Source of the DNA: Chloroflexota bacterium | GTDB lineage: Bacteria > Chloroflexota > Anaerolineae > UBA2200 > JACIWT01 | NCBI GenBank assembly: GCA_014360825.1 | Contig: JACIWT010000005.1 | Location: forward strand, 16,248 to 80,247 | Length of the DNA stretch: 64,000 nucleotides | Reading direction: 5' to 3' | Shown: one piece after another, positions 39,145 to 49,194 of the stretch | Layout: each line of letters starts with the position of its first letter | Position numbering within the stretch: the first letter of the stretch is position 1 | Position numbers and translations under genes: made by a program | The notes under the pieces: generated by a model | Told to the model about the DNA's origin: nothing | The model's database searches: none | Seen by the model: only the letters and a program-made list of their open reading frames with translations

Positions 39145-39825
39145 ATGTCCGAAGATACAATGCACTTGCCGCTTTTTGCGCTCGACACGGTGCTTTTCCC
39201 GGGCATGGTGTTGCCTCTCCATGTGTTCGAAGAGCGCTACAAGCAGATGATGCGCCGCTGTATGGATGCCAAAGAGCCCTTCGGCGTGGTGCTCGTCAAG
39301 GGGAGGAGGGAGATGGGAGGGACTTCCGTCCTTCACCTGGTAGGGACCAGCGCGCGTGTGGCTCGGGTGGAACTCCTCGAAGAAGGGGACATGAGCGTCG
39401 TGGCCATCGGGCTGGAGCGATTCCGCATCCGGCGCATCCACCACGAGATGCCCTACCTGGTAGCAGAAGTGGAACCTTTCCCCGCAGAGAAAGGCAATTC
39501 AGAGGCCTCTCGCACCCTGATGAAGGAGATCAAGCCCTACTTTGTACGCTACATCCGTCTTCTCTCCGAGGCGTTGGGCAATCTCATCCAGATCGAAAAC
39601 GTCCCCACCGATATCACCACTACCGCCTACCTGATCGCCATGGCCTTGCAAGTTTCAGTGGAGGAGAAACAGGATATCCTGAGTATGGCCACCGTCCCAG
39701 AGATGCTGGTCCGCGAGGCTTATCTCCTGGACCGCGAGGAGCAGTTGTTGAAGCAGATCATCGCCAACCAGGACAACAAGTTGCTCTACCAGGGCGGCAT
39801 AACCCTTTTCTTCTCGATGAATTGA
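39145..39825 (+). CDS. LON peptidase N-terminal substrate-binding domain protein
   Basis: LPLFALDTVLFPG..LHVFEERY, FGVVL, VGT, G.ERFRI. Confidence 0.9.
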   Translation: MSEDTMHLPLFALDTVLFPGMVLPLHVFEERYKQMMRRCMDAKEPFGVVLVKGRREMGGTSVLHLVGTSARVARVELLEEGDMSVVAIGLERFRIRRIHHEMPYLVAEVEPFPAEKGNSEASRTLMKEIKPYFVRYIRLLSEALGNLIQIENVPTDITTTAYLIAMALQVSVEEKQDILSMATVPEMLVREAYLLDREEQLLKQIIANQDNKLLYQGGITLFFSMN

Positions 39826-39848
39826 GCGCTGCTCGGAGATACGCCCAT

Positions 39849-40793
39849 TTACCGGGCGATGGAAGCGGCCATGCGGCGATAGGTGTGACGCCGACCCCGC
39901 ACGGCGATGGAAAAGGCGATGATGTTCTCCGGGTTGGCTACCCCAGCGTAACCCGCGTCGCCAATGTGGTGGATATCAGCACCGGTCATCTTGCTGAGCA
40001 AAGCGATGTGACGCACCGTCGCTACCTCTGCTCCCTCCTGGGAAGTGCCGATGGCGCTCAGGGCCAGTTTCCCCAACTGATGTGCCAGGTCCACCAGGGA
40101 TTTGATGGTTTCCAAAGTGGCCCCTGGAGTCGTGCCCGGGGCGGGCACCAGGACGATGTCCGCTCCCGCAGCGGCGAAACGGCTCACTGCCTCGGGGAAG
40201 GCGATATCCGCTGCCCCCAGACCCGCGCCGTGCATCTTCCCGGCCACCAGGATCACCCGATCCCCTACCGCCGCGGCGATCTCTCCAAGGGCCCGCTCGA
40301 TGGCCTCGACTGAGACGCCGGACCCCGGGTTGCCGGTGAGCACCAAGTAGTCGGCGCCCAGTTCTACGGCCCGCCGAGCGTTGTCCACAGTAGCCACCCG
40401 ACCCCGGTAGGCTTCGGTAACCCTCTCCGGGGGCACGGGCTCCAGGTTGATGCCCACTGGCCTGCCCACCAGAGCCTTGACCTCATTCAGAGTCACACCA
40501 AACCCGATGGGCAATGCTCCTAATAGGGGGAACTCCGGGAGGGCGGGGAGATTTCCCTTGCGGTAGCCCATCACAATGGGGTGCTGCACATCGTAGAGGT
40601 TGAGAGTGATAAGGTCGGCACCACAGGCAGCGGCTAACTCGGCGTTGGTCACGCCGTCTATCAGAGGCAGCGTGGTGCAGACCACCTCCGCGTTGATCGT
40701 CCGTCCCTCGGCCAAGCGAATGCTCTCCAGCAGGTCCGCCTTGCTCATGGCGCGGAAATCACTGGCAGTGGCGTCGAGAATTCGCTTTGTCAT
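39849..40793 (-). CDS. Conserved TIM-barrel protein associated with sugar PTS loci (PEP-mutase-like, function unknown)
   Basis: KRILD..SDF, EGRT, INLEP, LTGNPG, AGKMHGAG, IGTSQEGA, HHIGDAG, RGRRHT. Confidence 0.75.
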   Translation of the reverse strand: MTKRILDATASDFRAMSKADLLESIRLAEGRTINAEVVCTTLPLIDGVTNAELAAACGADLITLNLYDVQHPIVMGYRKGNLPALPEFPLLGALPIGFGVTLNEVKALVGRPVGINLEPVPPERVTEAYRGRVATVDNARRAVELGADYLVLTGNPGSGVSVEAIERALGEIAAAVGDRVILVAGKMHGAGLGAADIAFPEAVSRFAAAGADIVLVPAPGTTPGATLETIKSLVDLAHQLGKLALSAIGTSQEGAEVATVRHIALLSKMTGADIHHIGDAGYAGVANPENIIAFSIAVRGRRHTYRRMAASIAR

Positions 40794-40920
40794 ATCATGA
40801 CCTTTTACATATCTGGTACGTCTGCGGCAGATTTCACACTCAACGGCGCACCGGGCGTCTACGGCATCACTGTTCGAAGGTTTTTGATGCGCTCCATTCG
40901 TTATGCAGGGTGGTCGTTAT

Positions 40921-41862
40921 TCATTCCTCCCATTTCTGATAAGCCGTCCACATCACGTATCGGCGGCAAATTTCGCTTATAGGACACTCTCCGCAGTTTG
41001 GATGTATGTCGGTGCAGTAGCCGTCCTCAAAAAGATAAAACGCTCCGTTGTCAACGTAGAATGGAGTTAGTCCAGATTCGGCTACGATGCTCTCTACCCA
41101 AGGCCTCATTTTGCTTGCTTGGATGATATATGGTCGCCCCTTGTCGTATAGCACCTCTCCTAACAAACCAGTTCTACAGAATACCTTGCCCACATGCCCG
41201 TCAACTATCATCAGGGTCTCTTCCATTTTTGTCACTTTGCGTTTCCATACTTCATTAAGGAGAAAGACAACCCAATTAACGAACATTCTACATGCCTTTG
41301 GATCGTTTCCCACCCATCCCGCTTCAAGGACAGGATGCATATTGAGGAATCGGAAAAGACCAATCGGGTTTCCTTTCTTTAGGTGTTCCACAATAAGACT
41401 GGTGAGGTCTGAACTGTACTCATTCAGCCATCTGATAAATCCCTCATATGCTTTAAATCGATAAGCAAAAAGTGATATTGGCTTTATTCCTCCCAAAGCA
41501 CCCACTCTATACAGCGCAGCCCCCTTTTCACCAGCAACATCTTTGAAAACTTTGAACAGTTCGGATTCTGAAATCTTGAAGGGTTCAGATAATAGGGTGT
41601 CTGTAAATTCATATGATATTCTGATAGACATCTCTCTTACCTTTTCAAACTTTGCCTGTTGGTTAATCAGCACCCTCAAAAGTAAATACCTTAATACTTT
41701 TTCTTGCTCTTCTTTCTCAGTAGATAGCGGATTTAAGCCACTTGGAATAGCCATATGCTCTTTCCATCTCTCAAACCATTTCGATTTCCCTTGATTCTCA
41801 AATATGCTTAAGAGCTTCCCTGCTTGTTCATCTCGCAACTTTTCCTGTTTTTGTTTTGGCAT
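40921..41862 (-). CDS. HhH-GPD-superfamily DNA glycosylase-like protein with [4Fe-4S] motif
   Basis: GWVGNDPKA (HhH-like), IVDGHVGKVFCRTG, C-x6-C-x2-C-x5-C (CTDIHPNCGECPISEIC). Confidence 0.75.
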   Translation of the reverse strand: MPKQKQEKLRDEQAGKLLSIFENQGKSKWFERWKEHMAIPSGLNPLSTEKEEQEKVLRYLLLRVLINQQAKFEKVREMSIRISYEFTDTLLSEPFKISESELFKVFKDVAGEKGAALYRVGALGGIKPISLFAYRFKAYEGFIRWLNEYSSDLTSLIVEHLKKGNPIGLFRFLNMHPVLEAGWVGNDPKACRMFVNWVVFLLNEVWKRKVTKMEETLMIVDGHVGKVFCRTGLLGEVLYDKGRPYIIQASKMRPWVESIVAESGLTPFYVDNGAFYLFEDGYCTDIHPNCGECPISEICRRYVMWTAYQKWEE

Positions 41863-42763
41863 TTTGCACCACCGACCTTTGGTTTTTAATCTTTTTCTGT
41901 AAATGTGTTCTGAGATGTTTCGCATCATCTCTGATTATTATTTCCACTTCGTAATCATTCCCAAATAGTGAACTCTGTTTCAACCCCATTTTTTCCTTCA
42001 CGGTTTCGTATAACTCCAAATCAATTTCATAGCCAATGCTATTTCTTCCTAACATCGCTGCTACTTTGTTTGTTGTTCCAGAACCCATAAATGGATCTAG
42101 AACCGTTTCACCTGTGTATGAGAAAAGTTTAACAAGCCTGTAAGGGATTTCCTCAGGAAATGCTGCAATGCCCTCCTCAATACGATTTTTCAACGGTAGA
42201 ACATTGGTTATATTCCACATTGTCAGATACCACTTGTTTTTCTGGTACTCTTTGATATCAATTCTCGAATTTTCTTTGATTCCCTCGGAGACGCTTTTGT
42301 AATCGAACTTGCCATTCTGGAAAATAAGTATGGTTTCCTGGATATTGTCTGGGTAAAAATACATTGGATAGGGATGCTGTAGAACGACCCCGCTTCTTCT
42401 ACTTATGCGAATGTAGCCCTCTGGCTTCACCCATATAATTTTGTCACGATATGTAAATCCTTCCTCAATGTAGATCTTTGTAAGGTCTGCTACAACTGGA
42501 AACTTTTCGCCATGTATCAGAGTATCGTCGCACACGATACATACAATGCCTCCTTGTGCCATTACTCTTTTCAATTCACTCGCAACTTTTCGCATTTTGC
42601 TCAAATACGCATCGTAACTTTCAAAAAGATCGGGGTAATCAAAAGGAGCGTTGAAGTAGGGGGGACTTGTAACCACAAGGCGGACGCTACCATCTTGTAG
42701 TTCTTTCATATTCTCGCTGTCCCCAAATATCAGTTTATGTGATGTCTTTGCTTTCTCGCTCAT
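41828..42763 (-). CDS. Beta-class N4-cytosine/N6-adenine DNA methyltransferase
   Basis: TSPPY (motif IV) precedes VLDPFMGSGTT (motif I); AAFPEEIP. Confidence 0.93.
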   Translation of the reverse strand: MSEKAKTSHKLIFGDSENMKELQDGSVRLVVTSPPYFNAPFDYPDLFESYDAYLSKMRKVASELKRVMAQGGIVCIVCDDTLIHGEKFPVVADLTKIYIEEGFTYRDKIIWVKPEGYIRISRRSGVVLQHPYPMYFYPDNIQETILIFQNGKFDYKSVSEGIKENSRIDIKEYQKNKWYLTMWNITNVLPLKNRIEEGIAAFPEEIPYRLVKLFSYTGETVLDPFMGSGTTNKVAAMLGRNSIGYEIDLELYETVKEKMGLKQSSLFGNDYEVEIIIRDDAKHLRTHLQKKIKNQRSVVQNAKTKTGKVAR

Positions 42764-42967
42764 TACAATTCACCATTATCTTTCTTTAACCACCATTTCA
42801 TAAAACGTCCAGTTCCCGCTTTCCACGCAAACAAAACGAATGTGACAAGCTGAATGGAAGAAAGGGATTTCACGCGTGATTATTATAATCCGAAGGTGCT
42901 TCGTTCACAAGTTGCTAAGACTCATAACTTCTATAGATAACCTCTGATCATAGTTGTCCCCGTTTGA

Positions 42968-44236
42968 CTAGATAAACTGCGGCAGGTAATCTTTGTTCGC
43001 TTCCAGCATCTCCTCCAGCATGGCTTTGGCCACCGGGTACGAGGGCACGAGCGGGTGGGTGAGCAAAGCCTTGAGGGCAGTCTCGCGCGAACCACTCATC
43101 CCCGCTTCCACCGCGTATTCTTCGTAGGCTTTCACCGCTTGCACCAGGGGCCGGATGATCCGTGGGAGGCGTCCGACGCGCAAGGGAGTGACGCCATGGG
43201 CACCGACTACACAAGGCGCCTCGATGGAAACATCGTCCGGCAGGTCGGCGATGCTACCTCCATTGCGGGTATTGACGATCTGCACATCGCGGCGATCGGT
43301 GAGCAGCGAGACAATAAGTCGCACAGCCATTTCGGAGTAGAGTGCACCGCCCCGCATACTGAGTTCCGGTGGCTTGACCGTTAGGCTGGGGTCCGCGTAT
43401 TTTCTCAGCAAATCCTCTTCCACTTCCCGAACCACTTCGCCTCGGGTCCTGCCTGCATCTCTGACCTTCTGCACAGCCAGGTCGTGGTAGTAATAATAGG
43501 CCAGGTAGCCGATGGGCAGCATGCCCAACAATCGTACCAGATCTGGTTCGAAGGGAAAATGCTCGCTGTTCGCCAACTGCACCAGTTCCTCGATATCCAG
43601 GGGGCGACCCTTAACGTAGGCGGTGCGTATCCAGGCCAGATGGTTCAGGCCCACCCAGTCGAGAAACACATCGTCATCTGTCACGTTGAACGATTGGGCG
43701 ACGGCGCGAATGGCATTGATCGGGTTGTTACAAAGCCCGACCACCTTCAGCGTCGTGTGCTTCAGCAAACACTCGGTAATGATGCCGGAGGGGTTGGTGA
43801 AGTTAAGGTACCAGGCCTGCGGGGCGTATCGCGCTATATCCTGCGCGATTTCCAGTGTGACGGGGATGGTGCGCATGGCGTTCATGAAACCACCGGGGCC
43901 CGTGGTCTCCTGGCCGATGACGCCGTATCGCAAGGGGATTCTCTCATCGCGGATGCGTGCTTCCATGCCGCCGACGCGGATCTGGGAGATGACGAAATCT
44001 GCCCCCTCGACGGCGGCAGGGCGGTTGGTGCTCAGGGTGATGCGCGTCTCCAGCCCGGCATGGGCTATCATACGCTTGATGAGCCCGCCGACCAATTCCA
44101 GGCGCTGGGGGTTGATGTCATACAGGCTGATTTCTCCGACGGATAAGACATCTCTGCGTTGGATGAAGCCATCCACGAACTCGGGTGTATAGGTGCTCCC
44201 TCCGCCGATGACAGTGACTTTCGCGATGCGAATCAT
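42968..44236 (-). CDS. GH4 6-phospho-beta-glucosidase (LicH/CelF-like)
   Basis: IGGGSTYTPE, GQETTGPGG, NFTNPSG, GLCN, GLNH. Confidence 0.93.
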   Translation of the reverse strand: MIRIAKVTVIGGGSTYTPEFVDGFIQRRDVLSVGEISLYDINPQRLELVGGLIKRMIAHAGLETRITLSTNRPAAVEGADFVISQIRVGGMEARIRDERIPLRYGVIGQETTGPGGFMNAMRTIPVTLEIAQDIARYAPQAWYLNFTNPSGIITECLLKHTTLKVVGLCNNPINAIRAVAQSFNVTDDDVFLDWVGLNHLAWIRTAYVKGRPLDIEELVQLANSEHFPFEPDLVRLLGMLPIGYLAYYYYHDLAVQKVRDAGRTRGEVVREVEEDLLRKYADPSLTVKPPELSMRGGALYSEMAVRLIVSLLTDRRDVQIVNTRNGGSIADLPDDVSIEAPCVVGAHGVTPLRVGRLPRIIRPLVQAVKAYEEYAVEAGMSGSRETALKALLTHPLVPSYPVAKAMLEEMLEANKDYLPQFI

Positions 44237-44592
44237 TTCCGAGCCTCGTTTTCTAGGGCGTATAAGCGCTGGTATAGGGTGAGAAATTGCCGTGCGTAAT
44301 CGATCTCCGCCCACGCCAATAGGAGGAGATCAAGCGCGTGGACAAGGAGAATAGAAAAAGGAACCTTTTCCCCTCGGGCCTCTTTGTGCAGGATTTCTGC
44401 TTGCATCTTATGGGCCGCCAATTGCTCTTCCTCGGCTTTCTGGAGCGCACCTTCGGCCTCTTCCCAGTGACCTGCGGCAGCGAGTTCGCCTGCCTCTTTG
44501 GCGGCACTGCGGGCATTACCCGCATGGAGGATGATGGTGCACAGGGTTTGTTCCCAATCGGGTGGGCAGATTTCTGGCGCGGTCGCCCTCAA
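44233..44592 (-). CDS. PTS lactose/cellobiose-family EIIA
   Basis: IILHAGNARS, AHKMQ, LLVHALD; TTG start overlapping the upstream TGA after GGAGG. Confidence 0.88.
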   Translation of the reverse strand: MRATAPEICPPDWEQTLCTIILHAGNARSAAKEAGELAAAGHWEEAEGALQKAEEEQLAAHKMQAEILHKEARGEKVPFSILLVHALDLLLLAWAEIDYARQFLTLYQRLYALENEARK

Positions 44593-45260
44593 GGTGCACC
44601 TCCGGCCTCCGTTTGCTTCGAGGCACTGAGCGCACAGCGAAACCCCACGTATGGGTTGCGACGACGGGGTGTGTATTGCAGACGGGAGGTGCAGCGGGCA
44701 TCCTCGCGGGTGTTCAGCCAGGTCCCACCGCGCATGATTTGGTAGACCCGGCTGACGCCACTGGCAGTCCATTCCCAGACGTTGCCCGCCATATCTGCCA
44801 CACCGTAGGGGCTATCGCCCTGGGGAGAATATTTGCCTACAGGAGTGGTATCCAAAATGCCAGACTCTGAGGTATTGGCGCGGTTCGCCTCCCACGTGTC
44901 TCCCCAGGGGTAGGTGCGGCCATCTGTCCCCCGGGCCGCTTTTTCCCATTCTTCCTCGGTGGGCAGCCGCTTGCCAGCCCATTCGGCGTAGGCCGCGGCA
45001 TCCTCCCAGTTGACCTGCACCACCGGGTGGTCGGCTTTATCGGGGGGATAGGTGCCTTTACGCCAGTGGTCTGGCTGACGATAGCCTGTGGCATCCACAA
45101 AAGCCTTGTACTCGGCATTCGTCACCGGGTACTTGTCAATGTAGAAGGCATCCACATAGATGGATTTCTTCTCCTCACCCATCAGGAATTCCCCGGCCGG
45201 GATATAGATCATTTCCTTGCCATCTTTGCCGATAATGACTGCAGGTGGTTCAGTGCTCAT
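44589..45260 (-). CDS. Formylglycine-generating-enzyme (SUMF1)-fold protein
   Basis: FYIDKYPVTNAEY, HPVVQVNW, RLPTEEEWEKAARG, DMAGNVWEW, GFRC. Confidence 0.9.
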   Translation of the reverse strand: MSTEPPAVIIGKDGKEMIYIPAGEFLMGEEKKSIYVDAFYIDKYPVTNAEYKAFVDATGYRQPDHWRKGTYPPDKADHPVVQVNWEDAAAYAEWAGKRLPTEEEWEKAARGTDGRTYPWGDTWEANRANTSESGILDTTPVGKYSPQGDSPYGVADMAGNVWEWTASGVSRVYQIMRGGTWLNTREDARCTSRLQYTPRRRNPYVGFRCALSASKQTEAGGAP

Positions 45261-45304
45261 CGCAATAGTCCTCTCTTTGATTCAAGTATCGCTCCGGATG
45301 CGGA

Positions 45305-46084
45305 TCACCGCGACGTCATCCGTTTTCTCTTGGTCTGCACTGATGCTGAAGATAACTGTTTGTTTAGATACTGCCAAACAATGAGGATGAGTGCGCCCTC
45401 GAAAATAAGGGCCAGGATGGTGGGCAGCAGCCCTTGACCATCCAGGCCGACCATGATGAGATTGTAAGTCAGTTCGATGCCGGCATGTATCAACATGGCA
45501 TAGCCCAGGAAGATCCACTTCCTTCTCTGGAGAGAGAGACCCACCAATGCTCCCAAGCCGGCGTTGAAAAGCAAAAGGGCCAGTCGGTCCACCAGCGAGG
45601 CCACTGCGGCCAGGCTCAATTCCGCGAGGGGAGTAGCCGCCATCTGGGCCAGCAAGGGGGTAGAGATGTCACCCAAAATCAATCTCATCCCCGCTCCTAT
45701 CATGGCGAAGCCGAGGAAGATCTTGGTGATCAATCCCACGCCCAATCCCACCGCTATACCAGAGGGTACAAGCGCAGCGCCCTCTAAACGCTTGTATCTC
45801 AGAACAAGATATTTCATCCCCTCTACGAATATCCCGGCCCATAATGCGGGGATGACAAATTGCAATGCTCTGCTATACGCTCCGGGAGAGGAGGCCAGTA
45901 TCTGGCGCGCCAGACTGGATACGAAATTCATCGGCAGAAGGGCGACCAATAGTCCCCCCGTTCCCCACCAGACCAGAGTCCTGTCGGTCGCTGGTGAACG
46001 GCGCAGGATGAGGAACATCACATACCCCGGTAGGAGAATGAAGAGAAAGCCCTGTGAACTTAGGAGTAATCCCCTGGCGAACAA
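45305..46084 (-). CDS. YhfC/PrsW-like intramembrane metalloprotease family protein
   Basis: Multi-TM; AGIFVEGMKY, GLGVG, DRLA, IHAG (catalytic motifs look degenerate). Confidence 0.6.
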   Translation of the reverse strand: MFARGLLLSSQGFLFILLPGYVMFLILRRSPATDRTLVWWGTGGLLVALLPMNFVSSLARQILASSPGAYSRALQFVIPALWAGIFVEGMKYLVLRYKRLEGAALVPSGIAVGLGVGLITKIFLGFAMIGAGMRLILGDISTPLLAQMAATPLAELSLAAVASLVDRLALLLFNAGLGALVGLSLQRRKWIFLGYAMLIHAGIELTYNLIMVGLDGQGLLPTILALIFEGALILIVWQYLNKQLSSASVQTKRKRMTSR

Positions 46085-46097
46085 GAATGTCTCCTTT

Positions 46098-47546
46098 CTA
46101 CCACCCGTATTTCTCAGGGCCCCAGTCTTTGCGGATCACTTCCTGTTTGAGGAGGAGCAGGCTTCGTTCCGGCACATCCCCGTTCACCACGACGCCTGGG
46201 CCAATCGCAGAGTAAGCCCCCACCTTGGATCCGGGCATAAAGATCACATTGACCCCTGTGCGACAGAAATCACCAATGAAAGTGGCGTCAGAAGCGAAGC
46301 GAGGGGTCTCCCAGCGTCCCTTGATTCTGTGGGAAGCAGGGCGATCATCGAAACGCAGGGTGCCATACACAGTAGCGGCCCCCACGTCCACCGCCTCGCC
46401 CAACACCCCCCACAATTCACAATAGTGAACGATGGAACTGCGTCCGAAGACTACTCCATGTACTTCGGCGCAGTGCCCGACCTTGCAGCGCGGCCCGATG
46501 CTGGTATGGTCGCCCAGATAGGCGTAGTCTCGAACCGATGTCCGTGGGCCAATGTAAGTATTGGCGCCCACAATAGCGCCGCTGGTGACTTCGGCGTTCC
46601 TCTCCACCCACGCATTGCCCCGGAGAACCACGCCCGGCCCGATGGTTGCACCCTCGCCCACTACCAGATGGCCATTCACGTCCGCCCGTTCAGAGACGTG
46701 GGCCGTGGGATGGATGTGGTCCTGCGTGAGGGCCTTGCCCAAGAACTCCAGCCAGACATAGTTGGCGATGAGAATATCCCAGGGCCTATCTATGTCGAGG
46801 GCGAAAGCAGCCGGCTCCACCGTCCGCACCGTCAGACCATCCTCCACCATCATCTGCAAAGTCTGCGCTAGGTCGGCTTCGTCCTGTGGAGGCATGCCAC
46901 CGGAGGGAATGGAGGGCACGTAACCGGGATGAGCCTGCAGGTAAGGGAGCACTTGTTGGCGGTCGAAGGCGAAAGCGCCCGCCAGCCGGTGTGTGACACT
47001 GTGTCGGGGGTGGGCGATCACCTCTTCTACCTGGCTATCTTTCACTCTCACTGCCAGGTGGATGGTCAGGTCTTCCAATTGGTCCAACGGAACCACGAGA
47101 GCGAGGGATGTCTCTGGTGACTCCCGGTGCGCGGCCAGCAAATTGGGCAGGGTGGCCGGATCGAGAAGCACGTCACCGTACAGGGCGAGGATGTACCTGT
47201 CTTCCAGGCTCTCCAGGGCGCGTTGCAGGGCAGGTGCGGTGCCCCGTGGGGGGTCAAGGACCAGCACATCTATCTTGGCCTCAGCAACAGGCGGGATGTC
47301 CGCCTCCCGTATACCCACTGCGCCGAGGGGCTGTGACCCCACACCCGAAGCCAGATGGCGCAGGCGGGGCGCAAAACGGCTGTTGGCGACGATCAGGATG
47401 CGAGAGACACCCGCTCTCCGCAGGCTCTCAATCTGGTGTCGCAAGAGTTCTTTACCGCCGATAGGTATGGCAGCCTTGGGTCGGGTGCTGTTAAAAGGCC
47501 AGATCTTAGTGCCCTCGCCTTGGGCCAGAATAACCGCCGTCTCCAA
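46098..47546 (-). CDS. Sugar-phosphate nucleotidyltransferase with left-handed beta-helix domain (GlmU-like)
   Basis: ILAQGEGTKIWPF..RPKA, YGD, DIDRPWD, hexapeptide repeats, GTLRFDD. Confidence 0.85.
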   Translation of the reverse strand: METAVILAQGEGTKIWPFNSTRPKAAIPIGGKELLRHQIESLRRAGVSRILIVANSRFAPRLRHLASGVGSQPLGAVGIREADIPPVAEAKIDVLVLDPPRGTAPALQRALESLEDRYILALYGDVLLDPATLPNLLAAHRESPETSLALVVPLDQLEDLTIHLAVRVKDSQVEEVIAHPRHSVTHRLAGAFAFDRQQVLPYLQAHPGYVPSIPSGGMPPQDEADLAQTLQMMVEDGLTVRTVEPAAFALDIDRPWDILIANYVWLEFLGKALTQDHIHPTAHVSERADVNGHLVVGEGATIGPGVVLRGNAWVERNAEVTSGAIVGANTYIGPRTSVRDYAYLGDHTSIGPRCKVGHCAEVHGVVFGRSSIVHYCELWGVLGEAVDVGAATVYGTLRFDDRPASHRIKGRWETPRFASDATFIGDFCRTGVNVIFMPGSKVGAYSAIGPGVVVNGDVPERSLLLLKQEVIRKDWGPEKYGW

Positions 47547-47616
47547 GGTATAAATCCCCCTTTCCGGCTCAGGGAGCGTGGGTTAGGGCAGCCCTTAGGG
47601 CTTTTGGGCTCAAACC

Positions 47617-47964
47617 CTAAACCCCGGCCCCTTTGGGCTTCACTGCGCGCCTGATCTGCTCGAAGAGTGCCTGCCCATCCACCATCCCATAGGTGACTGG
47701 TTCAATGTCTTCCACAGGGATGCCGTGGGGGGCAGCGGCCTGGGTGATGGAGCGCTTCTTGAACCGCACCTGGGGGGCGATGAGCACCATATCCACGGGG
47801 TTGGCTGCGAAATCATAGATGGCCACCTCTGCAGCAGACAAGAGCACCATCTCTAGTTCGATTCCTGCGGCTTTGGCAGCGTCGGTGGCTCTTGCTGCCA
47901 ACAGGCTGGAGGACATCCCCAAGGCGCAGAACATTAGAACCTTGATTTTCTCCTGATCTTCCAT
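47617..47964 (-). CDS. PTS cellobiose-family EIIB
   Basis: CALGMSSSLL, LIAPQVRF, YGMVDG. Confidence 0.92.
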   Translation of the reverse strand: MEDQEKIKVLMFCALGMSSSLLAARATDAAKAAGIELEMVLLSAAEVAIYDFAANPVDMVLIAPQVRFKKRSITQAAAPHGIPVEDIEPVTYGMVDGQALFEQIRRAVKPKGAGV

Positions 47965-47986
47965 ATGATTCTCTCACCCGTCTACA

Positions 47987-48310
47987 CTATTTTTTCACTG
48001 CTTGTCTGATTTGCTCGAACAGTTTTTCCCCATCCACCATGCCGTAGGTAACCGGCTCGATGCCCTGGACAATGATGCCCAGCGGTTCCGCCATCTGGGT
48101 GATGGCACGCTTCTTGTAGATGACCTGCGGGGCCACCAGCACCATGTCCACGGGATTGGCTTTGAAGTTGTAGGTGGTCACCTGTGGCACTGGGATGGCG
48201 TGGATCTCCAATTCGTGTCCACACCGGCGAGCAGCCTCAATGGTCTTGGCTTCCAGCAGGCTGGAAGACATCCCCGCTGCGCAAACCAGCAATACTTTGT
48301 AAGTGGCCAC
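47987..48310 (-). CDS. PTS cellobiose-family EIIB (second paralogue)
   Basis: CAAGMSSSLL, LVAPQV, YGMVDG; GTG start after GAGGAGG. Confidence 0.92.
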   Translation of the reverse strand: MATYKVLLVCAAGMSSSLLEAKTIEAARRCGHELEIHAIPVPQVTTYNFKANPVDMVLVAPQVIYKKRAITQMAEPLGIIVQGIEPVTYGMVDGEKLFEQIRQAVKK

Positions 48311-48342
48311 CTTTTCCTCCTCAAGGCACTTGAGCGAGATAT

Positions 48343-49194
48343 TCACTCGCACAGTATCCGAAAGGTCACCAATTCGATATCCAAGTCCTCTATCAAGGCC
48401 CGCACCTGGGGGTCACAGAGCAAAGTTAACTCGCGCTCTCGCTCCTGGGCATAACTGCTGTGAGCCAACAGTTCTTCGTCGGCCAGGCCGGGGTGGGTCA
48501 TCAGTTCGCTAACTCCAGGGGCCAATTGCGGCAAAGCAGTCAGTAGCCACTCCAGTGTGAGTTGTTTCTCTCCATAGAAGTCGCCCACGAAGTGATCGGG
48601 GTAAGTCAGTTTGCGCGCGCGCACCAATTGCCAATTCTGGGCCACTACCTGGCGTATTATGTCCAGGGGGATCTGGTTCCCCAGCACTGCTGGGGGCTGG
48701 GCGCTCTCTATAGACTCTTCAGGGGGCAAAGGCATGCGCAATGGCAGATGGTATTTCTCGGCCAGTTCCAGGTAAACGCCGAAGAAGAGGGGGTGAATGT
48801 GGGCCGGGTGGTGGCAATCCAGGTGGTCTGGTTCTCGTCCGCAGGCGCGGAAGGCCTCGATCTGAGCCACCCACTCGGCACGCAATTGGCTCAAGTCCAC
48901 CTGCGCTGCGCGCATCAATTGCACTTCAGGTCTGTAGAATTGGCCATTCGCATCCACGAGCGTGGAAACCTCTTTTGCCGGTTGCAGTGGCGACCCGAAT
49001 GTAAAATTCAGGTGCACCCCCACTCCTAACCTCGGATACTGTGCTGCCAATCGCAGTGCTTCCCGTGCGTAGGGCAAATTCATCATCGCGGTAGTGCTGG
49101 TAACGATGCCCTCCCGATGGGCGCGCAGGATCCCCTCGGTCACACCAGGCGTGCGGCCAAAATCATCGGCATTGACAATCAGTTGCCGCTTCAT
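48343..49194 (-). CDS. ChbG/YdjC-family carbohydrate deacetylase
   Basis: LIVNADDFG, GVHLNFT, PDHLDCHH, ELMTHPG. Confidence 0.92.
   Translation of the reverse strand: MKRQLIVNADDFGRTPGVTEGILRAHREGIVTSTTAMMNLPYAREALRLAAQYPRLGVGVHLNFTFGSPLQPAKEVSTLVDANGQFYRPEVQLMRAAQVDLSQLRAEWVAQIEAFRACGREPDHLDCHHPAHIHPLFFGVYLELAEKYHLPLRMPLPPEESIESAQPPAVLGNQIPLDIIRQVVAQNWQLVRARKLTYPDHFVGDFYGEKQLTLEWLLTALPQLAPGVSELMTHPGLADEELLAHSSYAQERERELTLLCDPQVRALIEDLDIELVTFRILCE

Noticed and set aside
39048-40313. 421-aa plus-strand ORF
   Set aside because: Shadow frame overlapping the LON-domain gene and the antisense TIM-barrel gene; R/G/P-rich with no motifs
40838-40906. Possible attC downstream of the MTase/glycosylase pair (GCATAAC...GTTGAGT, minus strand)
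   Set aside because: L-box spacing is non-canonical and the stem is weak; cassette origin is possible but not supportable by eye
45564-46871. 435-aa plus-strand ORF
   Set aside because: Antisense shadow of the YhfC-like and nucleotidyltransferase genes
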